A stretch of DNA of 52,655 bases, from positions 1-52,655 of the forward strand of contig QMPV01000003.1 in NCBI GenBank assembly GCA_003648765.1. Direction: 5' to 3'. Source of the DNA: Candidatus Aminicenantes bacterium (GTDB lineage Bacteria; Acidobacteriota; Aminicenantia; Aminicenantales; Aminicenantaceae). Shown one piece after another: positions 42,453-51,000 of this stretch. How positions within the stretch are numbered: the stretch's first letter is position 1; every line of letters begins with the position of its first letter. Below the pieces are notes generated by a model. The model ran no database searches. It saw only the letters and a program-made list of their open reading frames with translations, and had not been told where the DNA came from. The position numbers were made by a program, and so were the translations under genes.

Positions 42453-43180
42453 TGGCCAAGTATCTTTTTCGTATTCTCCGTTTTAATCCAGCCCGGGATG
42501 AAAAACCCTATTTTCAGGAATTTTCTTATGAAGCTTCAGAGAAGGATTCAGTGTTGGATGCTTTGCGGAGCATTCGCGATAATCTTGACCCGACGTTGGC
42601 CTTTCGTTACAGTTGTCGGGAAGCAGTTTGTGGGGCTTGTGGGATGGTCATCAATGGCCAGATAACTCTGGCCTGTCGGACTATTCTGGAATCCTTGAAA
42701 AGTCAGGTGGTGGTAATAGAACCTTTACCTAATTTCGAGATACAGAAGGATTTGATGGTAGATATGACTCCCTTCTGGAAAGCCTTGCGGGAGATCAAGC
42801 CTTTTCTCCACCCTCAACCTGAAATCCCAGAAAAAGGCTACCGGATTGAAGAAAAGCAAATGGAGAGGATTTATCAATTTATTAATTGTATTCTTTGTGG
42901 CTGCTGCTACAGTGCTTGTCCGGTGGTGGCTCGGGGGCAAGGCTATTTGGGTCCGGCTGCTTTAGCCAAGCTTTATCGTTTTGTCGAGGATCCTCGGGAT
43001 AAACGGAGTTTCTCTTCTTGGGCCAAAGTGGATAGGCCCGATGGGGTTTGGGCTTGCGATACCGTTTTTCGCTGTCATGAAGTTTGTCCTAAAAATGTTC
43101 GACCGGCGGACGGTATTGAAGGTCTCCGCCGAAAATTGGTGGTCGAAAAAATAAAAAGATTATTTAAAAAAGAGCCCTAA
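42452..43180 (+). CDS. sdhB: succinate dehydrogenase/fumarate reductase iron-sulfur subunit
   Basis: 2Fe-2S CREAVCGACGMVINGQ. 4Fe-4S CILCGCCYSACP. 3Fe-4S CHEVCPKNV. The ATG overlaps the sdhA stop (TGATG). Confidence 0.95.
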   Translation: MAKYLFRILRFNPARDEKPYFQEFSYEASEKDSVLDALRSIRDNLDPTLAFRYSCREAVCGACGMVINGQITLACRTILESLKSQVVVIEPLPNFEIQKDLMVDMTPFWKALREIKPFLHPQPEIPEKGYRIEEKQMERIYQFINCILCGCCYSACPVVARGQGYLGPAALAKLYRFVEDPRDKRSFSSWAKVDRPDGVWACDTVFRCHEVCPKNVRPADGIEGLRRKLVVEKIKRLFKKEP

Positions 43181-43181
43181 G

Positions 43182-43634
43182 ATGAAATTAAAAGACTCGC
43201 TTTTTACCCGGCGTAAATTTCTTAATACTTTAATCGGCGGCTGGTTAACGGCTTTGGGAGCCACAATTATCCAGCCGGTGATCAAGTTTATTTTTCCTCC
43301 GTATCGCGAGCCGGAAGAAGTTATTCTTCCGGCAGCTGATTATGAGTTGCCTGGACCCAATTCTTTTAAAACTTTTCCCTGGGGAAGTAAGCCCGGAATT
43401 TTGAAGCGAAATGATGATGGTAGCCTTACCGCCTTTGTCGCCGTTTGTACTCATCTTGATTGTAATGTTACTTATCTGCCCGAACAGAGAAAGTTTTATT
43501 GTGCTTGCCATGATGGTTGGTATGACGAAAATGGGATTAATATTGCTGGTCCCCCTCCCCGACCTCTCCGCAGGTTGGATGTAATTGTGGAGGGCGAGAA
43601 AATAATCATTCGACGAAAGGGAGAAAGTGCCTAA
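43182..43634 (+). CDS. Rieske [2Fe-2S] protein with a Tat-like N-terminus
   Basis: TRRKFLNTLIGG twin-arginine motif plus TM. Cluster boxes CTHLDC and CACHDGWY. Confidence 0.9.
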   Translation: MKLKDSLFTRRKFLNTLIGGWLTALGATIIQPVIKFIFPPYREPEEVILPAADYELPGPNSFKTFPWGSKPGILKRNDDGSLTAFVAVCTHLDCNVTYLPEQRKFYCACHDGWYDENGINIAGPPPRPLRRLDVIVEGEKIIIRRKGESA

Positions 43635-44691
43635 GCAAAGTTTTAGGGAGTGGCTGGAGACTAGGCTTGGCTGGGGGCAAATAGTTAATTTTCTCCAGAA
43701 AAAAGAAGTACCCCGCCACAAACATACTCTTTGGTACTATACCGGCAGCGCTATTCTTATTTTTCTGGTTATTCAGATAATTACAGGATTTATGCTTCTT
43801 CTTTATTATAAGCCAACTTTGGAAAAAGCCTATCAGAGTGTGACCCAGATAATGACCGAAGTTTCTTATGGTTGGGTAATCCGTTCTCTTCATCACTGGT
43901 CCGCTACTCTGATGATCGCTTTTGTGTTTATTCATCTTTTAAGCCTCTGGATTCTCAAAGCTTATCGACCCCCTCGAGAGTTAACTTGGATGAGTGGCGT
44001 CATCCTGCTGTTTCTTACTTTAGCCTTTGGCTTTACTGGCTACCTCCTCCCCTGGGATGAGCTTTCTCTAGCGGCCACCAAAGTGGGTACTGAAATTCCC
44101 AGTACTATTCCTCTCATTGGCCGCTGGGTGACTCAACTTCTCAGGGGAGGAGCTGATGTGACCGGTGATACTCTCACCCGTTTCTTTGGTCTCCATGTGA
44201 GTATTCTTCCTCTTTCGCTTATCTTGGTGCTGGGGTTCCACCTTTATCTAATCCAGAAACACGGCATGAGTGTGCCTTTAAGAGAAGAGAAGCAGAATCG
44301 ACCACTTCCCAGCTATCCTTTCTGGCCTAATTTCCTCTTACGGGAGTCAGTTTTCTGGCTTATTCTCTTGGGCAGCTTAATAACCCTGAGCCTTTTTCTG
44401 CCTCGGGGATTGGGTCAACCAGCTGACTTAATGGCCCCAGCACCAGTGGGAGTGCGACCCGAGTGGTATTTTCTTTTTCTTTTTCAAACCTTAAAGTTAT
44501 TTCCAGCCACGATTTTGGGAATTCCGGGAGATACTATAGCCATTCTTTTAGTTATGGTGGCTGTGGGCCTCTTTTTCTTTCTCCCTTTGTTGGACACCGA
44601 TCCAGCCGGACGAAAAGGTAAGGTTATCACCTGGGCAGCTGTTGCCTTTATAGTTTATGCGGTGGTCATGAGTCTCTGGAGTGTATTATGA
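43627..44691 (+). CDS. unsplit cytochrome b (b6-type His spacing plus a subunit-IV-like C-terminal part)
   Basis: Helix B H-x13-H (LHHWSATLMIAFVFIH). GYLLPWDELS. Helix D H-x14-H (LHVSILPLSLILVLGFH). Qo-site PEWY (RPEWYFLFLFQ). GTG start with AAGGGAG RBS. Confidence 0.9.
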   Translation: MPKQSFREWLETRLGWGQIVNFLQKKEVPRHKHTLWYYTGSAILIFLVIQIITGFMLLLYYKPTLEKAYQSVTQIMTEVSYGWVIRSLHHWSATLMIAFVFIHLLSLWILKAYRPPRELTWMSGVILLFLTLAFGFTGYLLPWDELSLAATKVGTEIPSTIPLIGRWVTQLLRGGADVTGDTLTRFFGLHVSILPLSLILVLGFHLYLIQKHGMSVPLREEKQNRPLPSYPFWPNFLLRESVFWLILLGSLITLSLFLPRGLGQPADLMAPAPVGVRPEWYFLFLFQTLKLFPATILGIPGDTIAILLVMVAVGLFFFLPLLDTDPAGRKGKVITWAAVAFIVYAVVMSLWSVL

Positions 44692-45005
44692 AATCAATTT
44701 TTTTATATTTGAAATTAATACTCAGCATTGGACTTATCTTCTTTTTCTTTGGCCAGAATTTTTTACCGGGCCAACCAGTGGCTCAACTTGGACAACATCA
44801 ATTAGTTAAGGAAAAAAGCTCCAATGAGTCAGTCAAGCCAGGACCGGTGAATCTCAAGGAGAAGACAGCTATTCTGGTTTTTTTAGGCTGGATGTGGTTA
44901 GTTATCGCAATTTTAATTTACTTGTTAATTCAAAAAATAAGAGAGGTGGATCGTCTTTATGAAATTAAATATTACGACGTTTCAAGCCATGGCCAGGAAA
45001 AATAG
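44688..45005 (+). CDS. small two-TM membrane protein of unknown function (possible accessory subunit)
   Basis: 105 aa. TM1 LKLILSIGLIFFFFG. TM2 AILVFLGWMWLVIAILIYLLI. No CxxCH. The start overlaps the cyt b stop (ATGA). Confidence 0.6.
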   Translation: MKSIFLYLKLILSIGLIFFFFGQNFLPGQPVAQLGQHQLVKEKSSNESVKPGPVNLKEKTAILVFLGWMWLVIAILIYLLIQKIREVDRLYEIKYYDVSSHGQEK

Positions 45006-45016
45006 AAGGTAATGAC

Positions 45017-45328
45017 GTGGAACCAGAGAGAAAGAAAATAGATCCTTCAATTACTTGGATAGCCAATTACTGTAAACATTGCTTTACCTGTGTGGCTATT
45101 TGTCCTGTGGATAATCTTTTTTTTGATGAGGACGAATTAACTAGTCGTCAGAAATGCATCCAGTGCCAGTTATGTATGAAATATTGTCCTGATTTTGCTC
45201 TAGAAGTTGTTCCTCGCCCAAAAGTTCGGCGCAGTCCAACGAAGGAGCAAGAGATTAAATCGACTCCGGCGGGAGAAATCAGCTCAAAGAGTGTTTTATC
45301 TACCACCCGAGAAGGTAGTCGCCAATGA
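45017..45328 (+). CDS. 2x[4Fe-4S] ferredoxin-type protein (OFOR delta-like subunit)
   Basis: CKHCFTCVAICP and CIQCQLCMKYCP cluster motifs. GTG start after GAAGGT. 4-nt overlap with the alpha subunit gene. Confidence 0.85.
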   Translation: MEPERKKIDPSITWIANYCKHCFTCVAICPVDNLFFDEDELTSRQKCIQCQLCMKYCPDFALEVVPRPKVRRSPTKEQEIKSTPAGEISSKSVLSTTREGSRQ

Positions 45329-46341
45329 AACAACTTATTATGGGCAATGAAGCGATTGCCCGGGGAGCTCTCCGGGCGGGATTGGGCTTTTTTGCCGCTT
45401 ATCCAATTACTCCTGCCTCTGAAATAATGCATTTTTTAGCTGAGAAAGAGGGAGAAATAGAATTTGTCCATGCTGAAGATGAAATAGCTGCCATCCATAT
45501 GGCTATTGGAGCCAGTTTAGCTGGATTGAAGGCTATGACCAGCACTTCTGGACCTGGGATGTCTCTCAAACAAGAGGGAATTGGTTTGGCTCACATGATG
45601 GAGATTCCTTTGGTCGTGGTCGATGTCCAGCGAGTGGGTCCGAGCACAGGCATGCCCACCTTACCTTCCCAAGGAGATTTGATTCAAGCCCGCCATGGTA
45701 GCCATGGGGACTATAACCCTCTGGTTTTTTATCCCGCCACAGTGGAAGAGTGTTATTTTTACACCATTGAAGCCTTTAATGCCGCGGAGGAATCCCGGAG
45801 TCCAGTGATTCTTTTGTTGGATGGTTTCCTGGCCCATTTAAGTGAGACAGTTGATTTAAGAGCTGTAAAGCCCCACCTAAAGAGAAGAAAATTGAAGCCT
45901 CTAGGGGGAGGAAATCGGCATTTTACCGGTCTTTTGGCGCGGGAAGGAGTTCCTCTCACAGATGACAGTGACTATTATCGGCAATGGTATACTCGAGTGA
46001 AAAATAAAATCATGACCGTGGCCTGCCAGTATAATTATTTTGAATTCTTAGATAACCCCCAGGCAGATACTCTCTTGATTGCTTTTGGAATAACAGCTCG
46101 GGTAATTCGCCCTTTAAAGAAGGCTTACGGCCTCTTTCGGCCGATACGTCTCTTCCCTGTTTTGGAAAAGGAATTGAGCCAGGCCGCGGCTAATTATGAC
46201 CGGATAGTGGTGATAGAAATGAATGATGGCCAATATGCGGGAGAGGTTCAGCGTGTTCTCCGGCGAGAAGTGATCAGTTTGCCGATTCTAGGGGGGAAAA
46301 TACATTTAAGAGAAATTCAAGAGGCCCTCAATGCTTTATAA
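45325..46341 (+). CDS. 2-oxoacid:ferredoxin oxidoreductase alpha subunit
   Basis: MKQLIMGNEAIARGALRAGLGFFAAYPITPASEI is the typical N-terminus of KorA/PorA-type alpha subunits. 338 aa. Confidence 0.9.
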   Translation: MKQLIMGNEAIARGALRAGLGFFAAYPITPASEIMHFLAEKEGEIEFVHAEDEIAAIHMAIGASLAGLKAMTSTSGPGMSLKQEGIGLAHMMEIPLVVVDVQRVGPSTGMPTLPSQGDLIQARHGSHGDYNPLVFYPATVEECYFYTIEAFNAAEESRSPVILLLDGFLAHLSETVDLRAVKPHLKRRKLKPLGGGNRHFTGLLAREGVPLTDDSDYYRQWYTRVKNKIMTVACQYNYFEFLDNPQADTLLIAFGITARVIRPLKKAYGLFRPIRLFPVLEKELSQAAANYDRIVVIEMNDGQYAGEVQRVLRREVISLPILGGKIHLREIQEALNAL

Positions 46342-47065
46342 AGATTATGTCAAATGGAGTAGATGGCCCACCACTTGGTGCGGTGGCTGCGCTATCGGCA
46401 TTATCTTTAAACAAGTGACTTTTTCTCTAGAAAGAATGAATCTGCCCCGAGAGAAATTAACCGTTGTTTCTGGAATTGGCTGTAGTGGTCGGGCGGCAGG
46501 TTATTTTAATGTTGATTCTGTCCATGTCACTCATGGTCGGGCTTTACCTGTGGCGGAAGGCATTAAGAGAGGCAAGCCCCAGCTTAATGTTTTAGTTTTT
46601 AGTGGGGATGGTGACTTGGTGGGTATCGGCGGTAACCATTTGATTCATACCGCAAGAAGGAATGTTGATTTAACCGTGATTTGTGTTAATAATCAGACTT
46701 ATGGAATGACGGGTGGCCAGATGGCTCCCACCACCGGGAAGGGAATCAAAACATTAACCAGTCCCCATGGAAATCGCTATAGCCCAATAAACATTCAAGG
46801 TTTGATTACGGCCAATGAAAGCTACTTTTATGCCCGGAGTTCTGCCTATCATATCAATCACTTACAGAAAGCCATTCGGGAGGCCTTTGCCTGGCCGGGA
46901 TTTGCTTTTATTGAAGTAGTGGCCTATTGTATTGAAAATTTTGGCCGCCGGATGGGTTATCGCTATGGTTATGAAATGCTCTTAAAAATAAAAGAGATTT
47001 ATAAAATTAATCATTCACCTCAGGGCTTATTGAAAGACAACGAATTGGGGATATTAAAAAAATGA
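46331..47065 (+). CDS. 2-oxoacid:ferredoxin oxidoreductase beta (TPP-binding) subunit
   Basis: WCGGCAIGI Cys motif. SGIGCSGR. TPP/Mg motif FSGDGDLVGIGGNH...NNQTYGMTGGQ. Confidence 0.9.
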   Translation: MLYKDYVKWSRWPTTWCGGCAIGIIFKQVTFSLERMNLPREKLTVVSGIGCSGRAAGYFNVDSVHVTHGRALPVAEGIKRGKPQLNVLVFSGDGDLVGIGGNHLIHTARRNVDLTVICVNNQTYGMTGGQMAPTTGKGIKTLTSPHGNRYSPINIQGLITANESYFYARSSAYHINHLQKAIREAFAWPGFAFIEVVAYCIENFGRRMGYRYGYEMLLKIKEIYKINHSPQGLLKDNELGILKK

Positions 47066-48072
47066 AAATAAGGCAAGCCAAACCCAATGAATGTCAGCCA
47101 ATTAATCGGCTGATGGAAATGGTCATCGATGAGATTTATGCCCGGGAACCAGAGAAAGTGCGTTTAACCTTAAAAGCTAATTTCACCGCCGAGGCCCTCC
47201 AAGAGCTTTGTCAAGAAGAGCAGGCTTTGTTGTATGTGGTGGAGGAGGAAAATAAAATTATTGCTTTTCTCTTCGGCTGGTTATTCCAGAATGTTTTTAC
47301 TATTTACTGGATTTATACCTTGCAAGAATATCGGGGCCAAGGAGTAGTCAAAAAACTTTTGGCCCATGTGGAGAAAGAACTCGTCCAGAGAGGCTGTTAC
47401 AAAATGGAAATGTATATGTATGCCGAGCACAACCGCTTTCTTAATTTTTGTTCCAAGTTGGGTTTTAAAAAAGGGGTTCTTTTACGAAAAAATATGTTTG
47501 GTATTCGCATTCGCCACATTTTCAAATATATTGGGGATTATGAAAAAGCCCAGAAAGAAAAGAAGATAAAAATTATGGGAGAGGCTGGTCAGGGAGTAAA
47601 ATTCCTTTCCTTTACCCTGGGGTCTATTTTGGCCCAGCTGGGTCATGAAGTCTCCCTGAATTTGGAATATGATTCCGCTGTTCGGAGCGGCAAAATTAGC
47701 GCTGATTTGATTTACTCTGATGAAAAAATTGAAAACCCCATTATTGATGAAGCGGATATTTTAATTAAATTTACTCGAACGAGAGAATGGTTCCCGGCCC
47801 GAAGTTTGGTCATTGACGAAAGTATCAGTGAGCCAGAACCCTTAAGTTGTGAGATCAAAAGTAAGAAAGGAACCTACTATGGGTTTCGAGATGTGGCTAT
47901 TACCAAATTTGGCGACAAAATGTACATTAATATGATTGCCTTGGGGCGGATTCTCCGGTACATCGGGATAAATATTATGCTCATTAATATTAAAGACCTG
48001 TTACCACCCAAGTCACTCGAGAAAAATCTGGCTGCTATCAAGTACGGTTTCAATTATCGCGACGCGGTTTGA
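47062..48072 (+). CDS. GNAT acetyltransferase domain fused to a 2-oxoacid:ferredoxin oxidoreductase gamma subunit
   Basis: Residues 1 to about 165 carry GNAT motif A, EYRGQGVVKKLLAHVEKEL, plus a beta-strand pattern (LYVVEEENKIIAFLFGW). From about residue 170 onward: IKIMGEAGQGVKFLSFTLGSILAQLGHEV, the gamma-subunit signature. Confidence 0.85.
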   Translation: MKIRQAKPNECQPINRLMEMVIDEIYAREPEKVRLTLKANFTAEALQELCQEEQALLYVVEEENKIIAFLFGWLFQNVFTIYWIYTLQEYRGQGVVKKLLAHVEKELVQRGCYKMEMYMYAEHNRFLNFCSKLGFKKGVLLRKNMFGIRIRHIFKYIGDYEKAQKEKKIKIMGEAGQGVKFLSFTLGSILAQLGHEVSLNLEYDSAVRSGKISADLIYSDEKIENPIIDEADILIKFTRTREWFPARSLVIDESISEPEPLSCEIKSKKGTYYGFRDVAITKFGDKMYINMIALGRILRYIGINIMLINIKDLLPPKSLEKNLAAIKYGFNYRDAV

Positions 48073-48075
48073 GGA

Positions 48076-51000
48076 CTAAAACTCCAACCAGGACTCTTTA
48101 GCCCACTCCCTTTGTTGGGCTTGCTTTTTCGCCCAGGCCTGTTTTACCTGATAGACAAAAGCTTCCAGTCGAGATTCTTCGGTGGGGTCTTCTTTGCCTT
48201 TAAAGATCAAGGTGGGGATAGGGATATTTTGGAAATCCTGACGGATTTTCTGAGCAATAGCTCCAGAAACTGTGCCCAGCATACAATTGAAGCAAATGGC
48301 ATTAATGACGCCATCGGCTCCTCGGGAGGCGAAGTCAACCATTTTGGCAATATTTAGAATTAGGGTTTGATTATTGTCCAGGGTGAGATAAGGAGAAATC
48401 AGGTTTTCAATTTGGCGATAAGAAGGCTCTTTTCGGGAAGGAAGCACATCTTTAAGTGTTTTTTCTATTTTGATTTTTTCCAATTCTTTCCGCAGGTGGA
48501 GAAGGCCGGCGGTCATAGCTTTGAGAAAGTTGCGGCGCCGTAGATTGGTGAAGAACTCTTTTTGCAGGCCAAAGTCAACGTCATCCACGATGAAAGGCGC
48601 CGGCCAAACCTCACAACCCATGGCTTCTAACTTCAGGAATAAATTGTGGTTGGCCACTGGGTTCTGCCGGGTGTAAATATCTCCAGCTAAACCGATTTTG
48701 GGACGAGGTTCAGGAGAGATGGGAATTTCCCGTAGGCGGGCGGCACACCGTTTGAGAGCGGCTGATAAATCGTCTATGGCCAGACTGAGTTCAATATCTC
48801 TTAAATTGGTTTGATGGACACGGTCGGTGGCTCCTTTTTGCCTTTCATAAGGCCGCCGGGAGCAGGCACTTTTAATCAACCAATCTACTGCTAGCAAGCC
48901 ATCCCAGAGGCGTTTTATCCCTTGAAAGCCAAGCAATTTCCAGAAAAAATCAGTCGAGGGAGCTACCACCTTGAGGTCGGTAATCCCCATATCCTGAAGG
49001 AGATAGTTTAAACCATCTTGATATTGTTGCAGTAAACAGGCATATCTGGCTCCTGGAAAGAAGAAAATTTCCTGGCCCTCGCGGGGGGATTGAGCTGCTT
49101 TGATCAGATCACCAGCAATAATGGCGAAGGCGTGGCATTCCTTGCCAGAGGTCCATTCTTCGCCTAAGGCAATACTCTTTTCATCCGGAGGGGGGAGAAT
49201 TCTCACTGGGAGGCCAATGCTGCGGAAAGCACCAGCAAAGGCATAAACATGGTCAGAAAAATAGGGGAGGAGGAAAGTTCGGCCCTGATATTCTTCGATA
49301 ACCTCAGGGGGACCAGGCACGATAAAGGTGGGTTGGCTACTTTGAGGGAGGGATTTATTTTCTTCGACTTCGTCTAAGAAGGCCTCAATTCGAGTGATTA
49401 AGCCAGCTTCGCCCCGGTGCTCATCAAATTCAAGATAAAGAGATGGCTTTTCTTTTAGAATATGGTGAAGGTGTTTATGAATGAAAGCATCGAGGCTGCA
49501 GCCGAAGTTGCTGAGGATAAGAGGATAAGCTTTATCTTCCCGGGCGACCCAAAGGGCGGCCTGAATTATTTTTTGGGCATACCGCCAGGGAGGTTTTCCT
49601 GGCCAATGAGGGGTGCTTAATTCTTCCGCTGGCAGAAAGTCAAGAGGTATTACCCAGGCACCTCGCCGCTGGAGGTGGAGATGCAGGTTTAAATTTAAAA
49701 AGGAATCATAGATGGTATAGGGCCGGCCAATAACCACCAGAATATCTTCACCTGATTCCCGAGCTTGACGGAGAAACTCCCGTCCTTTTTGTTGTAAAGA
49801 TTGCTGAAATTCCAGTTGTTTTTGCCAGGCGTAATGATAAGCAGCGGCCATTTCTTCAGTGGTTAGTCCCAATTGGGAGGCGGTCTCGGCCATGGATTGT
49901 TTAAAACCTTCCCAACCGCTATTGAATTGAATGACCGGACTCAGCAGTCTTCCTCCTAATTTGGTGGGAAACATAAAAGGTAAGTGTTCACTGTAAGGAC
50001 AAAGATAGACGGATTCTCCGTTGTCTTGGTGAGTATCAACGATAGACGGTAGAAAGACCCAATCCACATCCTGATGACGGAAAATTTCAGTATGGCCGAA
50101 AGCAAGTTTTATCGGAGCACAGGTTTCGGCTGACAACCGTTTCAGGCCCAAAGTCAGTATTTGGGAAGAAGAAAGGGGTGATAATCTTGTTTCAAATCCC
50201 AAATAGCTGAAAAAGTTTGCCCAGAAGGGCAAAAATTCGTAGAAGAAGGAGGCTCGGGGTAAACCAATGCGTCCCCGGGAGCCAGGGGTTAAGGAAGAAT
50301 ATTTTTCAAAGAATTTTTCTCTAAACTCAGGGAGAGAAGGCGGATTTGGCTGGGGAGATGGAGCTCCCGCCGCAGTCGGTTCAGTTGGGGTAGTAGTTTG
50401 AGAAGTATATCGTTCGCAGACGTCGCCAAAGAAAAGTTTTTCTTGTCCCAACCGGATCAATGTTACTTGGCAATGGTTGGGGCAATGCTGACATTCAAAA
50501 GTGCGGACCTGATACTCACTCTGGAGACGCTGAGCCAGCTGGGCGTTTTTAGGAGCTATTTTTTCTCCCCTTTTTTCCCTTTGGAGGATGTTTTCCCGAG
50601 CAATGAGGGCTACCCCAATAGCTCCAGAGATTCGGTTGTAAGGATGGACTTTGATTTCTTTGTGGAGAAGTTGAGAGAAAGCTTTGACCACAGCGGCATT
50701 AGAAGCTACTCCTCCTTGGAAGACAATGTTTTCTCCCACCGTCCGGCCTTCCACTACTTTTTCCAAGTAATTTCGAGCGATGGAATAAGCTAGACCCGCC
50801 ATTAAATCGGGGAGAGGGATGCCTTTGCTGGCGGCTTTGACCATTTCCGATTCCATAAACACGGTGCACCGGGAACCGAGGTCGTAGGGCTGGGTAGATT
50901 GGGCGGCAATAGAAGCGAATTGGCCTTTGATTTTAATGCCGAAAGGTTCGGCCTGTTCTTCCAAAAAAGAACCTGTCCCAGCAGCACAGATTTTGTTCAT

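Noticed and set aside
43245-43935. Antisense ORFs 43245-43721 (158 aa) and 43606-43935 (109 aa) over the Rieske and cytochrome b genes
   Set aside because: These are shadow ORFs opposite well-supported genes, with low-complexity composition.
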